Sequence record: KT454805
Source of the DNA: Escherichia phage phiSUSP1
DNA: 64,000 nt
Strand: one strand, 5' to 3'
Below, one piece after another: positions 10,649-24,993 of the stretch. Both the position numbers and the translations under genes were made by a program. Under the pieces are notes generated by a model. The model was given only the letters and a program-made list of their open reading frames with translations. It made no database searches and was not told the origin of the DNA. Numbering within the stretch: position 1 is the first letter of the stretch; each line of letters starts with the position of its first letter.

Positions 10649-11059
10649 ATGAAGACAGAATCTAAAATTATTAATGGTAAGAAAGTGAATATTGTCCTAC
10701 TAGGTGCAAGAGATGGTATTAAAATGTCGATGAAACTTGGTAAAGTTGTTGTACCGACAATTGCTCAGATGTTTTCAAGTTTATCTGGGAAAGAGCAGAA
10801 AGAAGGTGAAGAAAGCGTAACAGCAGTACCTTTCAAAGAATTAGTTGAAGCTTGCTTTGACCGTATTGATGAACTCGATATTGATTCAATGGCTGCTCTG
10901 TTATTCCAAGGTGCGACTGTAGATGACTTCCCTCTAAACGTAGATAAATACTTCCAAGCAAACTACGGTGAATTTATTGACTTCTTGGCATTTGCTCTGG
11001 AGGCTAATTTCGGAAGTTTTTTCGAAGCAAGCATTTTCAAAAGCCTAACTTCTCAGTAA
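10649..11059 (+). CDS. tail assembly chaperone (G-like)
   Basis: 136 aa acidic ORF directly upstream of tape measure; contains slippery heptamer near the 3' end. Confidence 0.55.
   Translation: MKTESKIINGKKVNIVLLGARDGIKMSMKLGKVVVPTIAQMFSSLSGKEQKEGEESVTAVPFKELVEACFDRIDELDIDSMAALLFQGATVDDFPLNVDKYFQANYGEFIDFLAFALEANFGSFFEASIFKSLTSQ
11017..11023 (+). other. putative -1 programmed ribosomal frameshift slippery site T_TTT_TTC
   Basis: heptamer in X_XXY_YYZ register of ORF 10649..11059; the -1 frame is open from 11020 into ORF 11062..11301. Confidence 0.5.
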
Positions 11060-11301
11060 GCATGAGTAGTGCTATGCAGACCCCATTGACTGATGGGGCT
11101 GTAGAAGTAACTTATGAAGAAGCAGATGAGATGAAATTTGTGCTTGCTATTTACGGTATGGAAGGGTGTAAAGAAACACTCGACCAACTCTTCTCAATGA
11201 CTTTCTCCGATTTATTATCTCTGCGACAATATTTAGAAATCCAGAGGTCATACAAAGAAGAAATTGCTTATAACGAACTTAGAAGGGCAGGTAAAATTTA
11301 A
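11020..11301 (+). CDS. tail assembly chaperone frameshift extension (GT-like), annotated ORF 11062..11301
   Basis: -1 frame has no stop between the slippery site and ORF 11062..11301; ends at the tape measure start. Confidence 0.45.
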   Translation, partial: FRSKHFQKPNFSVSMSSAMQTPLTDGAVEVTYEEADEMKFVLAIYGMEGCKETLDQLFSMTFSDLLSLRQYLEIQRSYKEEIAYNELRRAGKI

Positions 11302-13540
11302 TGGCACAATATACAGTTGATAGCTTTATTGTGGAGTTGGGTTTCAGTGAAAAGGTTGTTAAAGGTTTGCAGAGAGTTGAAAGGATGGCTATGCAGTCTG
11401 CTCAACGAATCGAACGTAATATTAACAAAGCCTTTGACGTGAAACCTAATAAGTCTTCACAGGAAGCATTAAACAGAATTGTAAAAAACGCTCAGACTGC
11501 TTCGGGCAGAATCAATAAAGCACTCAACAACTCCCTTAACCTTGATTCACAAGGTGTTAAATCTCTTAAAAGACTGGAAACTCAAGGTAGAAAAACTGCC
11601 AAGGAAATTAACAAGGCTTTAAGAGACGCTATGAAAGTTGATGGAAAAGTCACTGTTCGTGGTGGTAGAAAAGGTGGTACTGGTTTCCCTCCTACTGGTG
11701 GAAGTGGTAACCCAAGACCTCCAAGACCTGATATTGCTCAGAGACAGATGGAAAGAATGTTTAACAACAACTTCTACTCTGGTCTGACACGTCGCCTTGA
11801 AACTATTGGTGGACAAGGTAACCAAATGGCAGCTTCCTTCAGAGGAAACCTGCAAGGTCTTTATAACAAATATAAGGGAACTGGTAAAGTCGGTGAATAT
11901 GAGATGGAAGTCAAAAAGCTCATTGACGTTACCAAGCGTTGGGTTATTGCAGAAAATGCTAGACTCAAGTCAGTCAGAGAATCAGCTTGGCTTCAGGAAA
12001 GAGCTAACTCATCTCTACGTCAGATGATTGGTGGTTTTGTTTCAGCTTATGCAGCCTTAGAATTGGCTCAGAAGACTATTGATGCAGGTGTTAAAAGACA
12101 GTCTGCACAGTTAGCCTCAACAGCTATCTTTGGAGCAGATACACAGCAAGCTAGAATGTTCGCTGCATCGTTTGCTCATCAGATTGGACAGAACTACACA
12201 GACACCATGAAGCAATACTCAAACTTTGCTGCTGGTGCTCAACCTGCTCTTGGATTCCAAGGGACTCAGGAGTTCTATAAGAATGCTGCGATGTTCTCCC
12301 GTATCAGGGGTGCAACAGACGAAGACCTGAAAGGTATCATGGTTGCTTTCCAACAGATGGCTTCTAAGGGTAAGATTCAGGCTGAAGAACTTCGTGGTCA
12401 GTTAGGTGACCGTTTGGCAGGTGCTGTACAGTTATTTGCTGATGCTATCGGTAAGACACCACAAGAACTTGATAAGATGATGAAGGACGGTAAACTCCTT
12501 GCTGAAGATGTACTTCCAAAGGTATCTGAAAAGATGGCTGAGTTGGTACAGGCAGCAGGTGGTATGAATGCCGTATCTAAGCAGACAGCTACCTCAATGG
12601 GTCAAGCGAAGTCTATGTGGGATAACATGTTAGTTGCATTGTTTAATAACTCTAGCGACGGTATTTCACAGCTTTCACAATCCATTGCAATGTTCTTACA
12701 AGGTTCTATGGGTACTGCTGAAGCACTTGGCACAGTGATTGGTTACCTGTTAAAAGGTGCTGGTAACTTACTTGACTTCGTAACAGATATCATGTATAGA
12801 ACATCTTCACTGTATTACTCTGCAATGGCATGGTACAAGGATTTGGATGCAAGTCAACAGAAACTTATCAAGGATTCTGCTGAACTAGTTTCAACCTTTG
12901 CTATGATTGGTGTTGCAATTGCTGCTATTACGAAGGTTGCAAAAATCTTTGGCGGTACTGTAGCATTCGTTAAGAGTATCTTTGAAGAAGGTATCTTTGC
13001 AAAAATTATGCAGAAGTTTGGTTTAGGTGGAGCAGCAGCAGCCTCTGAAGCAGCAGGTGTTGCAGGTGTATCAGCAACTAGGATGGCTCTCGGTACAGTT
13101 GGTTCATCACTGATGTTGTCCGGTTCTACAGACAGAAAGAACAATGGTAGATTCAGTGAAGTTGACCTTCCAAAACCTTTTGAAGACGCTGTATCAAGCA
13201 TCACCAACCCTAAACGTCCAATGTTCTTTGACCAGAATGGACAGCTACAGTTTGCACAATATTCTGTAGATGCTCAAGGTAATCGTAGCTTTGTTGATAA
13301 TGGAATGTCCAATTGGGATATTATCATGAACAACTTGTCAGAGTCTTTAAACAACTTTGCAACTAAGTTCAACCAAACCCCAATGATGATGACGCCTTCT
13401 GGTTTCCCTATGCAGACTAGACAGACTCTGAATGTTTCATTCAATCTGGATGGTAAGCAGATTGCTACTAAGACGGTTGATATCATGGACAAGAACCAAG
13501 AAGATATCCTTCTTAACTCAAGTTACCCAGAGGAAGAATA

Positions 13541-13541
<1 letters not shown>
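11301..13541 (+). CDS. tail tape measure protein
   Basis: 746 aa, helical/coiled-coil composition, Gly/Ala-rich hydrophobic segments, position after the chaperone pair. Confidence 0.8.
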
Positions 13542-16697
<3,156 letters not shown>

Positions 16698-16698
<1 letters not shown>

Positions 16699-18167
16699 TG
16701 GCTGGATTAACCGCAACAGGATTACAAACACTGAGGTATCAAGAAATCTTTGATAATATCAAAGCAAGACTTTTAAGAGATATCTCCCCAAACCTTGACG
16801 TATCTGAGGACAGCCAATTAGGTCTGTTCTTAGCATCAGTAGCAAGAGCCTTGGCAGATACCCATGAAGTTCTGTCTGAAATTTATGATGGTAACACCAT
16901 TGACAAAGCTGAAGGATTCAACCTAGATGATATCACAGCCTTAAACGCAATCTACAGATATGTTGCTCAGGCTACAAGAGGACAGGCTGAATTTACTGGT
17001 ACAACTGGTGCTTCAATTCCTGCAACCACAAGACTGAGAAGTACTGCTGGTAATATTTTCTATCCAGTTTCTACGTTCACGCTAACACCATCTTATTGTG
17101 TTGAAGCGGTTCTAGAAGTTAACTCTTTACGTACTGATGCAAACTATGTTATTATTATTGATAACGTTGTTTTCTCTTATCAACCTACATCTTCAGACAC
17201 TATTACGACTCTACTAAATGAACTTGCAGATGCGATTAATGGTGGTATTGTTGCGAAAGCTGAGGTTATTAATGGTGGCTCATCTCTAAGAATCTACAAA
17301 GATGAAGGGGATATTATTGCAAGAACAAACCCTATGGTTGTTACTGCAACGACATTCTTAAGCTTTACGAAGATTACTACAATTCATGATGTAGTTGCTG
17401 AAGAGGTTGGTGCTATGCCAGCTTTGGCAGGAACTCTGATTGAGATTGAAACGACTGTAGATGGTCTTGACAGTGTATTTAACAGATACGACCTGACAAC
17501 AGGACGTGATGAAGAAAATGATACAGAACTTCGCCAGCGTTACCTAGAGTCTTTAACCGTTACTGGTGTAGGTACTTTAGATGCTATTGTTGCTGCTGTC
17601 AAGAGAGTTCAGGGTGTGTCAGACGCTTCAGGTGTAGAGAACGACACTGAGACAACAACTTCTGACGGTATTCCTCCGAAATCTTTCAAGATTGTTGTTG
17701 TAGGTGGTCAGAACGATAACGTTGCTCAAGCTATCTGGGATACTAAACCTGCTGGTATCAGGGCTTATGGTTCTATCTTCGGAACTGCATATGACCTTGG
17801 AGGATTGGCTCATAATGTTTACTTCAGCAGACCAACGCCTAAGTATGTCTTTGTGAAGGTGACTTACGAGTTGTACGATGAAGAAAGCTTGACAATCCCT
17901 GAAGAAGATATTCATGACAGCATTGTACAGGGTATTAACGATTATGGCAGAACCCTGAAAGTTGGTAATGACGTGATTCCTAACAGAATCTATGGATACA
18001 TCTATGATGTTATTCAGGGGATTGAAATCAACGAAATTAAAGTTGCCCTTTCAAATAACCAAGCAGTTCCACCAACAGATGACCAGTACACTACTTCGAG
18101 AATCACAGTTGATGGTGACCAGTATACGGTATGGGAAAGCAGCCAGTACACTATCACTAAGGAGTAA
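16698..18167 (+). CDS. baseplate J-like protein (putative)
   Basis: 489 aa; position. Confidence 0.45.
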
Positions 18168-18169
18168 CA

Positions 18170-19027
18170 ATGTTTGAAAAGATTGAAGACGTCTATTACA
18201 AAACATTGGATGAAAGAACTGTAACTCAATTCAAAGAAAAGTTTATTTACACTAGTCTATTGAAATCTATTACAGATGAGTTACAATTGTTAGAGGATAT
18301 TACTTGGCAGATGCACACAGAACGTAATATCCGTACAGCTATTGGTCAGCAATTAGATAATATTGGGGCTTTGATTAAAGTCCCTAGACCTCTTGGTGCT
18401 GATGACGACACATATCGTGCAATGCTGTATATCCAAATTTTCCTAAGACGTTCTGACACAACTCCAGCGTTTCTTCAAAATGCCGTAATGACACTTTACA
18501 ACGCTACCTTTTCACAGGTGTTTGAGCATATCACGCCTATGACGGCTGGTATTGTTATCCGTGTTAATACGAGAAATAACGTTCTAGATACAGCATACAC
18601 ACTTTCAAAGATTGCTGCAACAACAATTGGTTCAGCAGTCATCTTAAGAGATGTAACTTTGAATGGTACTGCTTGGACACCTGTAGAAGTTGCTGACTCA
18701 GCTTTAGCCATCGTTGACGACAAAGACAACTGGTTTGTAACAGATAATAACAGAGGTCTTGTAACGAATAACACAGGTGGTTCTCTTGAGGCTAACTTGT
18801 TGGGTAGTTTAGCAGATGCAGGTGTAAGAGACGGATATTTCAGAATTGATAGAACTGCTGGAAGCACTTCAAAAGATTATATGAATGTGAGCAGAACGAA
18901 TAACAGTAACGACAACTTTATTGTCGGTAAAGAAACGGTTGCAGGTGGTGAATATGGTGTAATGGCTGAAGTTGCACAAATCATCAAAGGCAGAAAAGAT
19001 AAATCTCAACAGGAAGGAAGTTCATAA
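18170..19027 (+). CDS. baseplate/tail fiber attachment protein (gpI-like, putative)
   Basis: 285 aa; position. Confidence 0.35.
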   Translation: MFEKIEDVYYKTLDERTVTQFKEKFIYTSLLKSITDELQLLEDITWQMHTERNIRTAIGQQLDNIGALIKVPRPLGADDDTYRAMLYIQIFLRRSDTTPAFLQNAVMTLYNATFSQVFEHITPMTAGIVIRVNTRNNVLDTAYTLSKIAATTIGSAVILRDVTLNGTAWTPVEVADSALAIVDDKDNWFVTDNNRGLVTNNTGGSLEANLLGSLADAGVRDGYFRIDRTAGSTSKDYMNVSRTNNSNDNFIVGKETVAGGEYGVMAEVAQIIKGRKDKSQQEGSS

Positions 19028-19341
19028 TGGCAGATGCAGTAAGATGGGCTACAGATGATGTAGACGCTGATGGTAACCAGTTAAAAGTGTTACCACCTCC
19101 TGAGATTCAGGCAACAGGGTTACTTCGTGGCGAACCAATGGGTCGTCAGTGGTATAACTATATTTTAAACTATTTGCTGGAAAGAGCAAATGGGACAACA
19201 GCTATTGTTGGTGAAGTCAGAAGCTTTGCTACCGAGCAACCCGATTTAGTATCGGCTGGATGGAACCTTATTAATACCGTGACAGGTACTGCTCCAACAA
19301 GCACAACTAATCAGTACACTTATGAATTTATCGGAGGCTAA
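19027..19341 (+). CDS. hypothetical tail protein (104 aa)
   Basis: ORF track; coupled to neighbours. Confidence 0.35.
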   Translation: MADAVRWATDDVDADGNQLKVLPPPEIQATGLLRGEPMGRQWYNYILNYLLERANGTTAIVGEVRSFATEQPDLVSAGWNLINTVTGTAPTSTTNQYTYEFIGG

Positions 19342-19343
19342 TA

Positions 19344-20471
19344 ATGGCAGTAGGTGAAATTCAAATTAGTGCCTTGCCTCAAGCGTCGTTACCAATTGAG
19401 TTAAGTGATATCTTCCACCTTAAACAAGGTATTGAGGATAAGAGATGTACACTTGAGCAATTACTTGACCCCCACGCATCCCTGAGAAATAACCCTCACG
19501 GTGTCACAAAGGTTCAGGTTGAATTGGGTAACGTATTAAACGCTTTACAGCTTGTCGCTGCAAATAACTTATCAGATATTGTTGACGTAGCCGAAGCAAG
19601 AGCAAACTTGCAGATTATGTCTTCTGATGAAGTTAATCAACTTATTCAGGCTCACATCAATGATAAGAACAACCCTCACAACACAACTAAATCACAAGTT
19701 GGTTTGGGTAATGTTCAGAACTGGTTAGCCTCTAACGCATATAACGAAGATGCTGATAAGTATGCTACAGCAAGAGCTGTTAATAGTCTATATCCAGTTG
19801 GTACTATCCACTTGTCTATGAATGCTGCTAACCCATCTACTTACCTGATTTGTGGAGGTACTTGGGAGCTAGTTTCAAGAGGTAGAGCACTTGTGGGTTA
19901 TGATAGTGCTTCCAGACCAGCAGGTTCGACGTTTGGTTCACAGACTGCTGCACTGACTGCTAATAACATCCCTGCTCACACTCACTCAGTGTACGTTACA
20001 GGTGGTGGTCACACTCACGGTGCAACTGTCTCTATTAATGCTTTTGACTATGGTACGAAGGGAACTACAACGTTTGACTATGGAACCAAAACAGTAAGTA
20101 CATTTAACTACGGCAACAAGACAACAAGTTCTGCTGGCTTCACACAGACCACGCTTATCAATCGTGGGTATGATAATGGTAGCTTACCGGGACTATCAGT
20201 TGTAGGTGCAGATTATGACCCAAGAGCAACACTGACAACGGCTAATAACCATACTCACTCTGTAGCAATCGGTGCGCATAACCACACAGTTGCAATTGGT
20301 GCTCACAGCCATTCTGTAGCGATTGGTTCTCACAACCACTCAGCAACAGCAACAGTAACTGGAGCAGGTGAGCACTCCCACTCTGGTACAACTGGTTCAA
20401 CTGGTTCTGGTCAAGCGTTCAATATTGAACAGCCATCATTCGTACTTTATGTATGGCAAAGAACTGCTTAA
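19344..20471 (+). CDS. tail fiber protein with C-terminal tail-collar-like domain and HxH repeats
   Basis: duplicated NNPH..TK.QV.LGNV fiber motifs; C-terminal region PVGTIHLS...GGTWELVSRG and HTHSV/HNHTV/HSHSV repeats; ends VWQRTA. Confidence 0.7.
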   Translation: MAVGEIQISALPQASLPIELSDIFHLKQGIEDKRCTLEQLLDPHASLRNNPHGVTKVQVELGNVLNALQLVAANNLSDIVDVAEARANLQIMSSDEVNQLIQAHINDKNNPHNTTKSQVGLGNVQNWLASNAYNEDADKYATARAVNSLYPVGTIHLSMNAANPSTYLICGGTWELVSRGRALVGYDSASRPAGSTFGSQTAALTANNIPAHTHSVYVTGGGHTHGATVSINAFDYGTKGTTTFDYGTKTVSTFNYGNKTTSSAGFTQTTLINRGYDNGSLPGLSVVGADYDPRATLTTANNHTHSVAIGAHNHTVAIGAHSHSVAIGSHNHSATATVTGAGEHSHSGTTGSTGSGQAFNIEQPSFVLYVWQRTA

Positions 20472-20478
20472 TTATTAC

Positions 20479-20499
20479 AGGGGCTTTTTAGCCCCTTTT
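20479..20499 (+). terminator. terminator-like hairpin between the two fiber genes
   Basis: AGGGGC-ttttta-GCCCCT followed by TTT. Confidence 0.45.
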
Positions 20500-20513
20500 A
20501 AGAGGATTGTATA

Positions 20514-22862
20514 ATGGCAGAATTTAAATTGAGTGAACTAAACTCGATTAACGAAATTCGTTCTGATGACCTATTGCATGTCAGAGTTAAGAAAAGAACT
20601 GAGATGTTAGGTGATGAAGACCGTAGAATGACTTATGCAGATTTTCTTGCATCATTTAGACTGGAAAGATTTCTGCAATTAGTTGGTGGAACCATGACAG
20701 GTAATTTAGGGATTGTGAAGCTTACCTATGGAGGAAAAGATTTACTTGACCCAACAGGTAGCTCTGAAATTGTCTTCGGTGATACTGCAAAAACTTTCAA
20801 GCTTAATGCAAATGGTCTTAAACTGACTATTGCAGATGCTTCAAGAAGTGCAACTGTTTACCACACTCTGAACAAACCATCCCCTAATGAACTTGGGATG
20901 AGAACTAATGATGAGAACGATGCAAGATTTGCTATCAAGGGAACTCAAAATACCTTCACAGCAAGTCAGATTTTCCAGACAGATAATGCTGGTTTGACTC
21001 TGAAGAACACTGCTGCGGCTGCATTGTATTATGAAGGTCGTGATACAGCAAACGTTGTAAGATTCACAATTGGTAACCTGAGTTCTGGTTCTGACGTTAC
21101 TATTGCAAACACCAGACAGAATACTAACATTGTTCTTGGCACTGGTTCTGTAGGTATTAACAAGCAGCTTCAAGTAACTGGACAGGTTGTTCCTTCAGAC
21201 TTTGCAAACTTTGATGCAAGATTCTATACTCGTGATGCAGCAGACCAAAGATTTGTTCAGTTGGCAGCAGCTAACACGATTACTGGAAACAACACCTTCA
21301 GAGGGACTACAACGTTACTTGGTGACGGTGCAAGATTAACTCTGAAGAACTTGACAAGTGGTAAAGCACTTTACATTGAAGGTCAGAACACAGATGCTTC
21401 TATGAAGTGGGCTGTAGGTAACTATGCAGATGGTAGCAACTCAGTTGTATTGACAAACATCTCAAATGATACCTATGTATTGCTTGATAACATGGTCAGA
21501 GTTAACAAGAGTCTTGCAATCACTGGACAGGTTCAACCATCAGACTGGACTAACATTGACTCCCGTTATGTTCTTATCGGTTCATACGCAAATCTTGCTA
21601 AGAAGAATGAAGCTAACACATTCACCCTACAGCAGAATATTCAGTCTGATGGTGAAGCACTTAGAGTCTATAGTAAGGCTCAGAACAATGCTTCCTACAT
21701 TGTTGGTAAGAACACTGATAACACTAATAAGTGGTATATTGGTTGTGGTACAAACGGTTCTGGTATTGCATCTTTCCATAACTACTTAACTGGTGCAAGA
21801 ATTGATTTGTCTGATGAAGTTCTTCTGTCAAAATCTTTACAGATTACTGGACAGGTAAAACCTTCTGATTGGGGTAACTTGGATGCAAGATACTTCACAC
21901 AGACAGCAGCTAACTCTAGATTTATGCTTGCTGGCTCATCAGGCAATGCCACTGAACAGAATGGTGGAGATGGCGTAGCGTGGAATGCCAAGACAGGTTT
22001 GTACAATGTTACATTTTCAACTGGTGGCTCAACACAACTGGTCTACCATATGTATCAGGGTGCATCATCAACACCGTCTGCTCAGTTGAAATTCAACTAT
22101 AAAAATGGTGGGATGTGGTACAGGTCGGCTAGGGATAGCTATGGTTTTGAAGCTGCTTGGTCTAAAGTGTATACAGAAGCACAGAAACCAACACCTTCAG
22201 AACTTGGTGCGTATACTAAAGCAGAAACTGACCAAAAAATTGCTGCTGCTGTTACATCTTCAACAGACCTTAAGAAAGTCTATCCAGTTGGGATTGTAAC
22301 ATGGTTCGCCACTAACCAAAACCCTAACACGACTCTTGCAGGTATGACTTGGACGTATCTGAATGAAGGTGTTGGAAGAACAGTTAGGATTGGTGCAGCA
22401 AACGGTTCAGATGTTAAATCAGTTGGTGGTGCGGATACTGTGACGTTATCTGTAGGGCATATCCCTTCACACACTCACAGCTTCTCAGCTACAACATCAA
22501 GCTTTGACTACGGTACTAAAACGTCTAACACAACGGGTGCTCATACTCACTCTGTGAGTGGTTCTGCTGCATCTGCTGGTAGCCATAACCATGCAATCTC
22601 GTGGATTGGTCAGAACTCTACACACTATTCTGGTGGTGGTGGTGGTAAGATTGGTACAGGGCCAGGTTATACTGATGCAGGTGGTGCTCACACCCACACA
22701 ATCTCTGGTACTGCTACCTCTGCTGGTAACCATGCCCACACAGTAGGTATCGGTGCTCACACCCACACAGTTAGTGGTAACACTGGTGGTACAGGTTCTG
22801 GTTCAGCATTCAGTGTTGTAAACCTGTTTATTAGATTGATGGCATGGGTTAGAACGGCGTAA
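20514..22862 (+). CDS. long tail fiber protein with three internal repeats and the same C-terminal collar/HxH module
   Basis: 782 aa; three copies of L(Q/A)(V/I)TGQV.PSD..N.D.R(F/Y) repeat; C-terminal HTHSF, AHTHSV, SHNHAI, AHTHTI, NHAHTV, AHTHTV; ends AWVRTA. Confidence 0.75.
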   Translation: MAEFKLSELNSINEIRSDDLLHVRVKKRTEMLGDEDRRMTYADFLASFRLERFLQLVGGTMTGNLGIVKLTYGGKDLLDPTGSSEIVFGDTAKTFKLNANGLKLTIADASRSATVYHTLNKPSPNELGMRTNDENDARFAIKGTQNTFTASQIFQTDNAGLTLKNTAAAALYYEGRDTANVVRFTIGNLSSGSDVTIANTRQNTNIVLGTGSVGINKQLQVTGQVVPSDFANFDARFYTRDAADQRFVQLAAANTITGNNTFRGTTTLLGDGARLTLKNLTSGKALYIEGQNTDASMKWAVGNYADGSNSVVLTNISNDTYVLLDNMVRVNKSLAITGQVQPSDWTNIDSRYVLIGSYANLAKKNEANTFTLQQNIQSDGEALRVYSKAQNNASYIVGKNTDNTNKWYIGCGTNGSGIASFHNYLTGARIDLSDEVLLSKSLQITGQVKPSDWGNLDARYFTQTAANSRFMLAGSSGNATEQNGGDGVAWNAKTGLYNVTFSTGGSTQLVYHMYQGASSTPSAQLKFNYKNGGMWYRSARDSYGFEAAWSKVYTEAQKPTPSELGAYTKAETDQKIAAAVTSSTDLKKVYPVGIVTWFATNQNPNTTLAGMTWTYLNEGVGRTVRIGAANGSDVKSVGGADTVTLSVGHIPSHTHSFSATTSSFDYGTKTSNTTGAHTHSVSGSAASAGSHNHAISWIGQNSTHYSGGGGGKIGTGPGYTDAGGAHTHTISGTATSAGNHAHTVGIGAHTHTVSGNTGGTGSGSAFSVVNLFIRLMAWVRTA

Positions 22863-22871
22863 TCAATTTGT

Positions 22872-22900
22872 TGACTAATTGTTAAGATGGTGTTAATATT
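22872..22900 (+). promoter_or_regulatory. sigma70-like promoter (TTGACT, 17-nt spacer, TG-n-TAATAT)
   Basis: hexamers and spacing read directly; upstream of ORF 22942. Confidence 0.45.
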
Positions 22901-22941
22901 TTCATAGGTATTCTCACCATCTTGGCTGATGAGGTGACATA

Positions 22942-23139
22942 ATGCCGACTATCCTAGCAATCCTCTTAAAAAACTTGGGTAGCTTCTTCTGGAAACTTCT
23001 ACTTTCCCTTCTGAGTGAATACATGATTGAGAAAGCCTTCTTCAGACTTGCAAGATACCTTGCGAGTAAGACAGATACGCCTATTGATGATGAATTTGTT
23101 AACAACTTGGAAAAAGCCTTTAAAGGGGAGAAAGAATGA
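22942..23139 (+). CDS. small hydrophobic protein (65 aa)
   Basis: ORF track; hydrophobic N-terminus ILAILLKNLGSFFWKLLLSLL. Confidence 0.35.
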   Translation: MPTILAILLKNLGSFFWKLLLSLLSEYMIEKAFFRLARYLASKTDTPIDDEFVNNLEKAFKGEKE

Positions 23140-23510
23140 AGTGGTTAGAGGATGCTTTCAAAAATAACATTGGTGCAATTGTTGTGGGTATCTTCAGTGT
23201 AATTGGTATGTACACTACAATGCAGGTGTCTAGTGGGAAGCAGGAAGTTTCCGTCTCAACAAAGTTACAACAGCTAGATAGTTACAACAAAAGCAACTAT
23301 TCAGCTATTCGTGATTTACAGTCTGACATGAAACTCCTGCAATTAGGCATGGAGAACCAGAAGGTTCAGCTAGAGAACGTAAAGGGTGAAAACGCCAAGT
23401 TGACAAAAACCCTTGATAAATTCTCTGACAGTGTTAATAACCTAGCACAGTCTGTATCAGCTTTGCAAGCAATCACTGAACAGAACACACAAAATGCTAA
23501 GAAGAAATAA
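23136..23510 (+). CDS. membrane-anchored coiled-coil protein (124 aa)
   Basis: N-terminal TM segment IGAIVVGIFSVIGMY then Q/L/K-rich helical region. Confidence 0.4.
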   Translation: MKWLEDAFKNNIGAIVVGIFSVIGMYTTMQVSSGKQEVSVSTKLQQLDSYNKSNYSAIRDLQSDMKLLQLGMENQKVQLENVKGENAKLTKTLDKFSDSVNNLAQSVSALQAITEQNTQNAKKK

Positions 23511-23514
23511 GTTT

Positions 23515-23543
23515 AAGGCTCCCGTAAAAAGGAGCCTTTTTTG
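23515..23543 (+). terminator. intrinsic terminator between convergent gene blocks
   Basis: AAGGCTCC-cgtaaaa-GGAGCCTT followed by TTTTTT. Confidence 0.7.
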
Positions 23544-23549
23544 TATCTA

Positions 23550-24446
23550 TCAACCTACTGACAAGGGAGCTTCAATCTTCCCTGCATGTCGATAGTCTTT
23601 GAAACCACCGATAAAGTCACTTGCCGTCATATGTTTGAGGTCATCCAGACATTTTAAATCTTGAACAATCTCAAACTTCGGTGCAGGAAACTCTTCATTC
23701 CCTAAAAGCTGGAATACCTGATTCATATGGTTCTGATAAATCTGAGTATCACCAAAAGTACCAATCAGATAACGAGGTGTATATCCAGTCATCTTACAAA
23801 GCACTTCCAAGATAAAACCATAAGACGCAATGTTAAATGGTAAACCTAAGAAGCTGTCTACAGAACGTTGATACCATTTTAAATCCACTTCACCAGTATT
23901 CGAGATGTAAATCTGGAAAAGCACATGACAAGGTGGTAAAGCCATTGCATTAGCTGAGATATCAGCAGCATTCCAAGCATTAACCAGCATGTAACGGTCT
24001 GTAGGAGACTTTTTCATCTTGGTAATCAGATTGTCTAGCTGGTCAACTGTAACGCCACCATGACCTTCTGAGGCTCTCCACTGGACACCATAGATACGTC
24101 CACCTGCATCATCCAACCAATCTTGCTCACTTGCATACGTTGTTTTAAGCCAACGTTCAAAGTCATTTGTCCAGATTGTCCAACGTTCCCCATCGTTTTC
24201 TCCCCAAGTACGATAGCGAAGATGACCAAGTTTATTCTCACCATTCAAGAACCATAAAGCTTCACCAATAACTTGTCTGGTCAGAACCTGTTTAGAGGTT
24301 AGTAAAGGAAAACCAGTACGCATATCAAAACGAAACTCTGGTGGTGAGAACGTTGAAATTACAGAACCAGTTCGGGTTTTACGCTGCTCACCAACTGTTA
24401 AAACATGGTTCAGAATATTTTTGTAACTTACATCTGCCTGTGACAT
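23550..24446 (-). CDS. thyA: thymidylate synthase
   Basis: catalytic-Cys motif ALPPCH; WYQRSVDSFLGLPFNIASY matches the T4 td/ThyA block from memory; DHFR immediately downstream. Confidence 0.9.
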   Translation of the reverse strand: MSQADVSYKNILNHVLTVGEQRKTRTGSVISTFSPPEFRFDMRTGFPLLTSKQVLTRQVIGEALWFLNGENKLGHLRYRTWGENDGERWTIWTNDFERWLKTTYASEQDWLDDAGGRIYGVQWRASEGHGGVTVDQLDNLITKMKKSPTDRYMLVNAWNAADISANAMALPPCHVLFQIYISNTGEVDLKWYQRSVDSFLGLPFNIASYGFILEVLCKMTGYTPRYLIGTFGDTQIYQNHMNQVFQLLGNEEFPAPKFEIVQDLKCLDDLKHMTASDFIGGFKDYRHAGKIEAPLSVG

Positions 24447-24447
24447 A

Positions 24448-24993
24448 TCAGAAACGTCCTCTTACTTGTGGAACATAGAAATTGACCACCCCAGATTTAT
24501 CATCCAGAGGTTTAGCCTGTATTCTAGCAAATAGTTCAGGTTCGTGTAAATACTCAAAGAATCCCTCTTCAGGAAGATACACAGTTGGCTCTTTAGTAAT
24601 TTCATAGATAACTGTGTGGTAAACCTCATCAGCAAACGGTAAAGCGGATTTTAAGATGTTTGCACCACCAATCACACAGACATTTTCATCAATCTGGCTG
24701 TCAATCTTCTTCAAGAATGCACCGAAAGAGTCTGGGTCAACCTTCGCAATAACAAAACCATCATTGTCAAAGTCTATCCCATAATATGGAAGGTTGTTTG
24801 ACAGAATCATGTTCTCACGATTTGGTAAAGGTTTACGTCCAAGAGTCTTGAAAGTCTCGTTACCCATGATTACAAGCTGGTTTTGAGTCAGCTTTTTAAA
24901 CTCTTTCATGTCTTCACGGTTACGCTCCCAAGGCATCCCATCAGGAGTACCAAACTCACCTTTACGACCACTTGCAAATACTAAACGAATCAT
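24448..24993 (-). CDS. folA: dihydrofolate reductase
   Basis: 181 aa; N-terminal MPWE motif and LVIMG..TF..LGRKPLP..N.ILS pattern typical of DHFR. Confidence 0.8.
   Translation of the reverse strand: MIRLVFASGRKGEFGTPDGMPWERNREDMKEFKKLTQNQLVIMGNETFKTLGRKPLPNRENMILSNNLPYYGIDFDNDGFVIAKVDPDSFGAFLKKIDSQIDENVCVIGGANILKSALPFADEVYHTVIYEITKEPTVYLPEEGFFEYLHEPELFARIQAKPLDDKSGVVNFYVPQVRGRF

Noticed and set aside
23550-24446. ThyA homolog as a dUMP/dCMP hydroxymethylase implying hypermodified DNA
   Set aside because: The protein keeps the ALPPCH active site and T4 td-like blocks, and is translationally adjacent to a DHFR gene, which is only needed when dihydrofolate is produced; canonical thymidylate synthase is the simpler reading. 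Not excluded experimentally.
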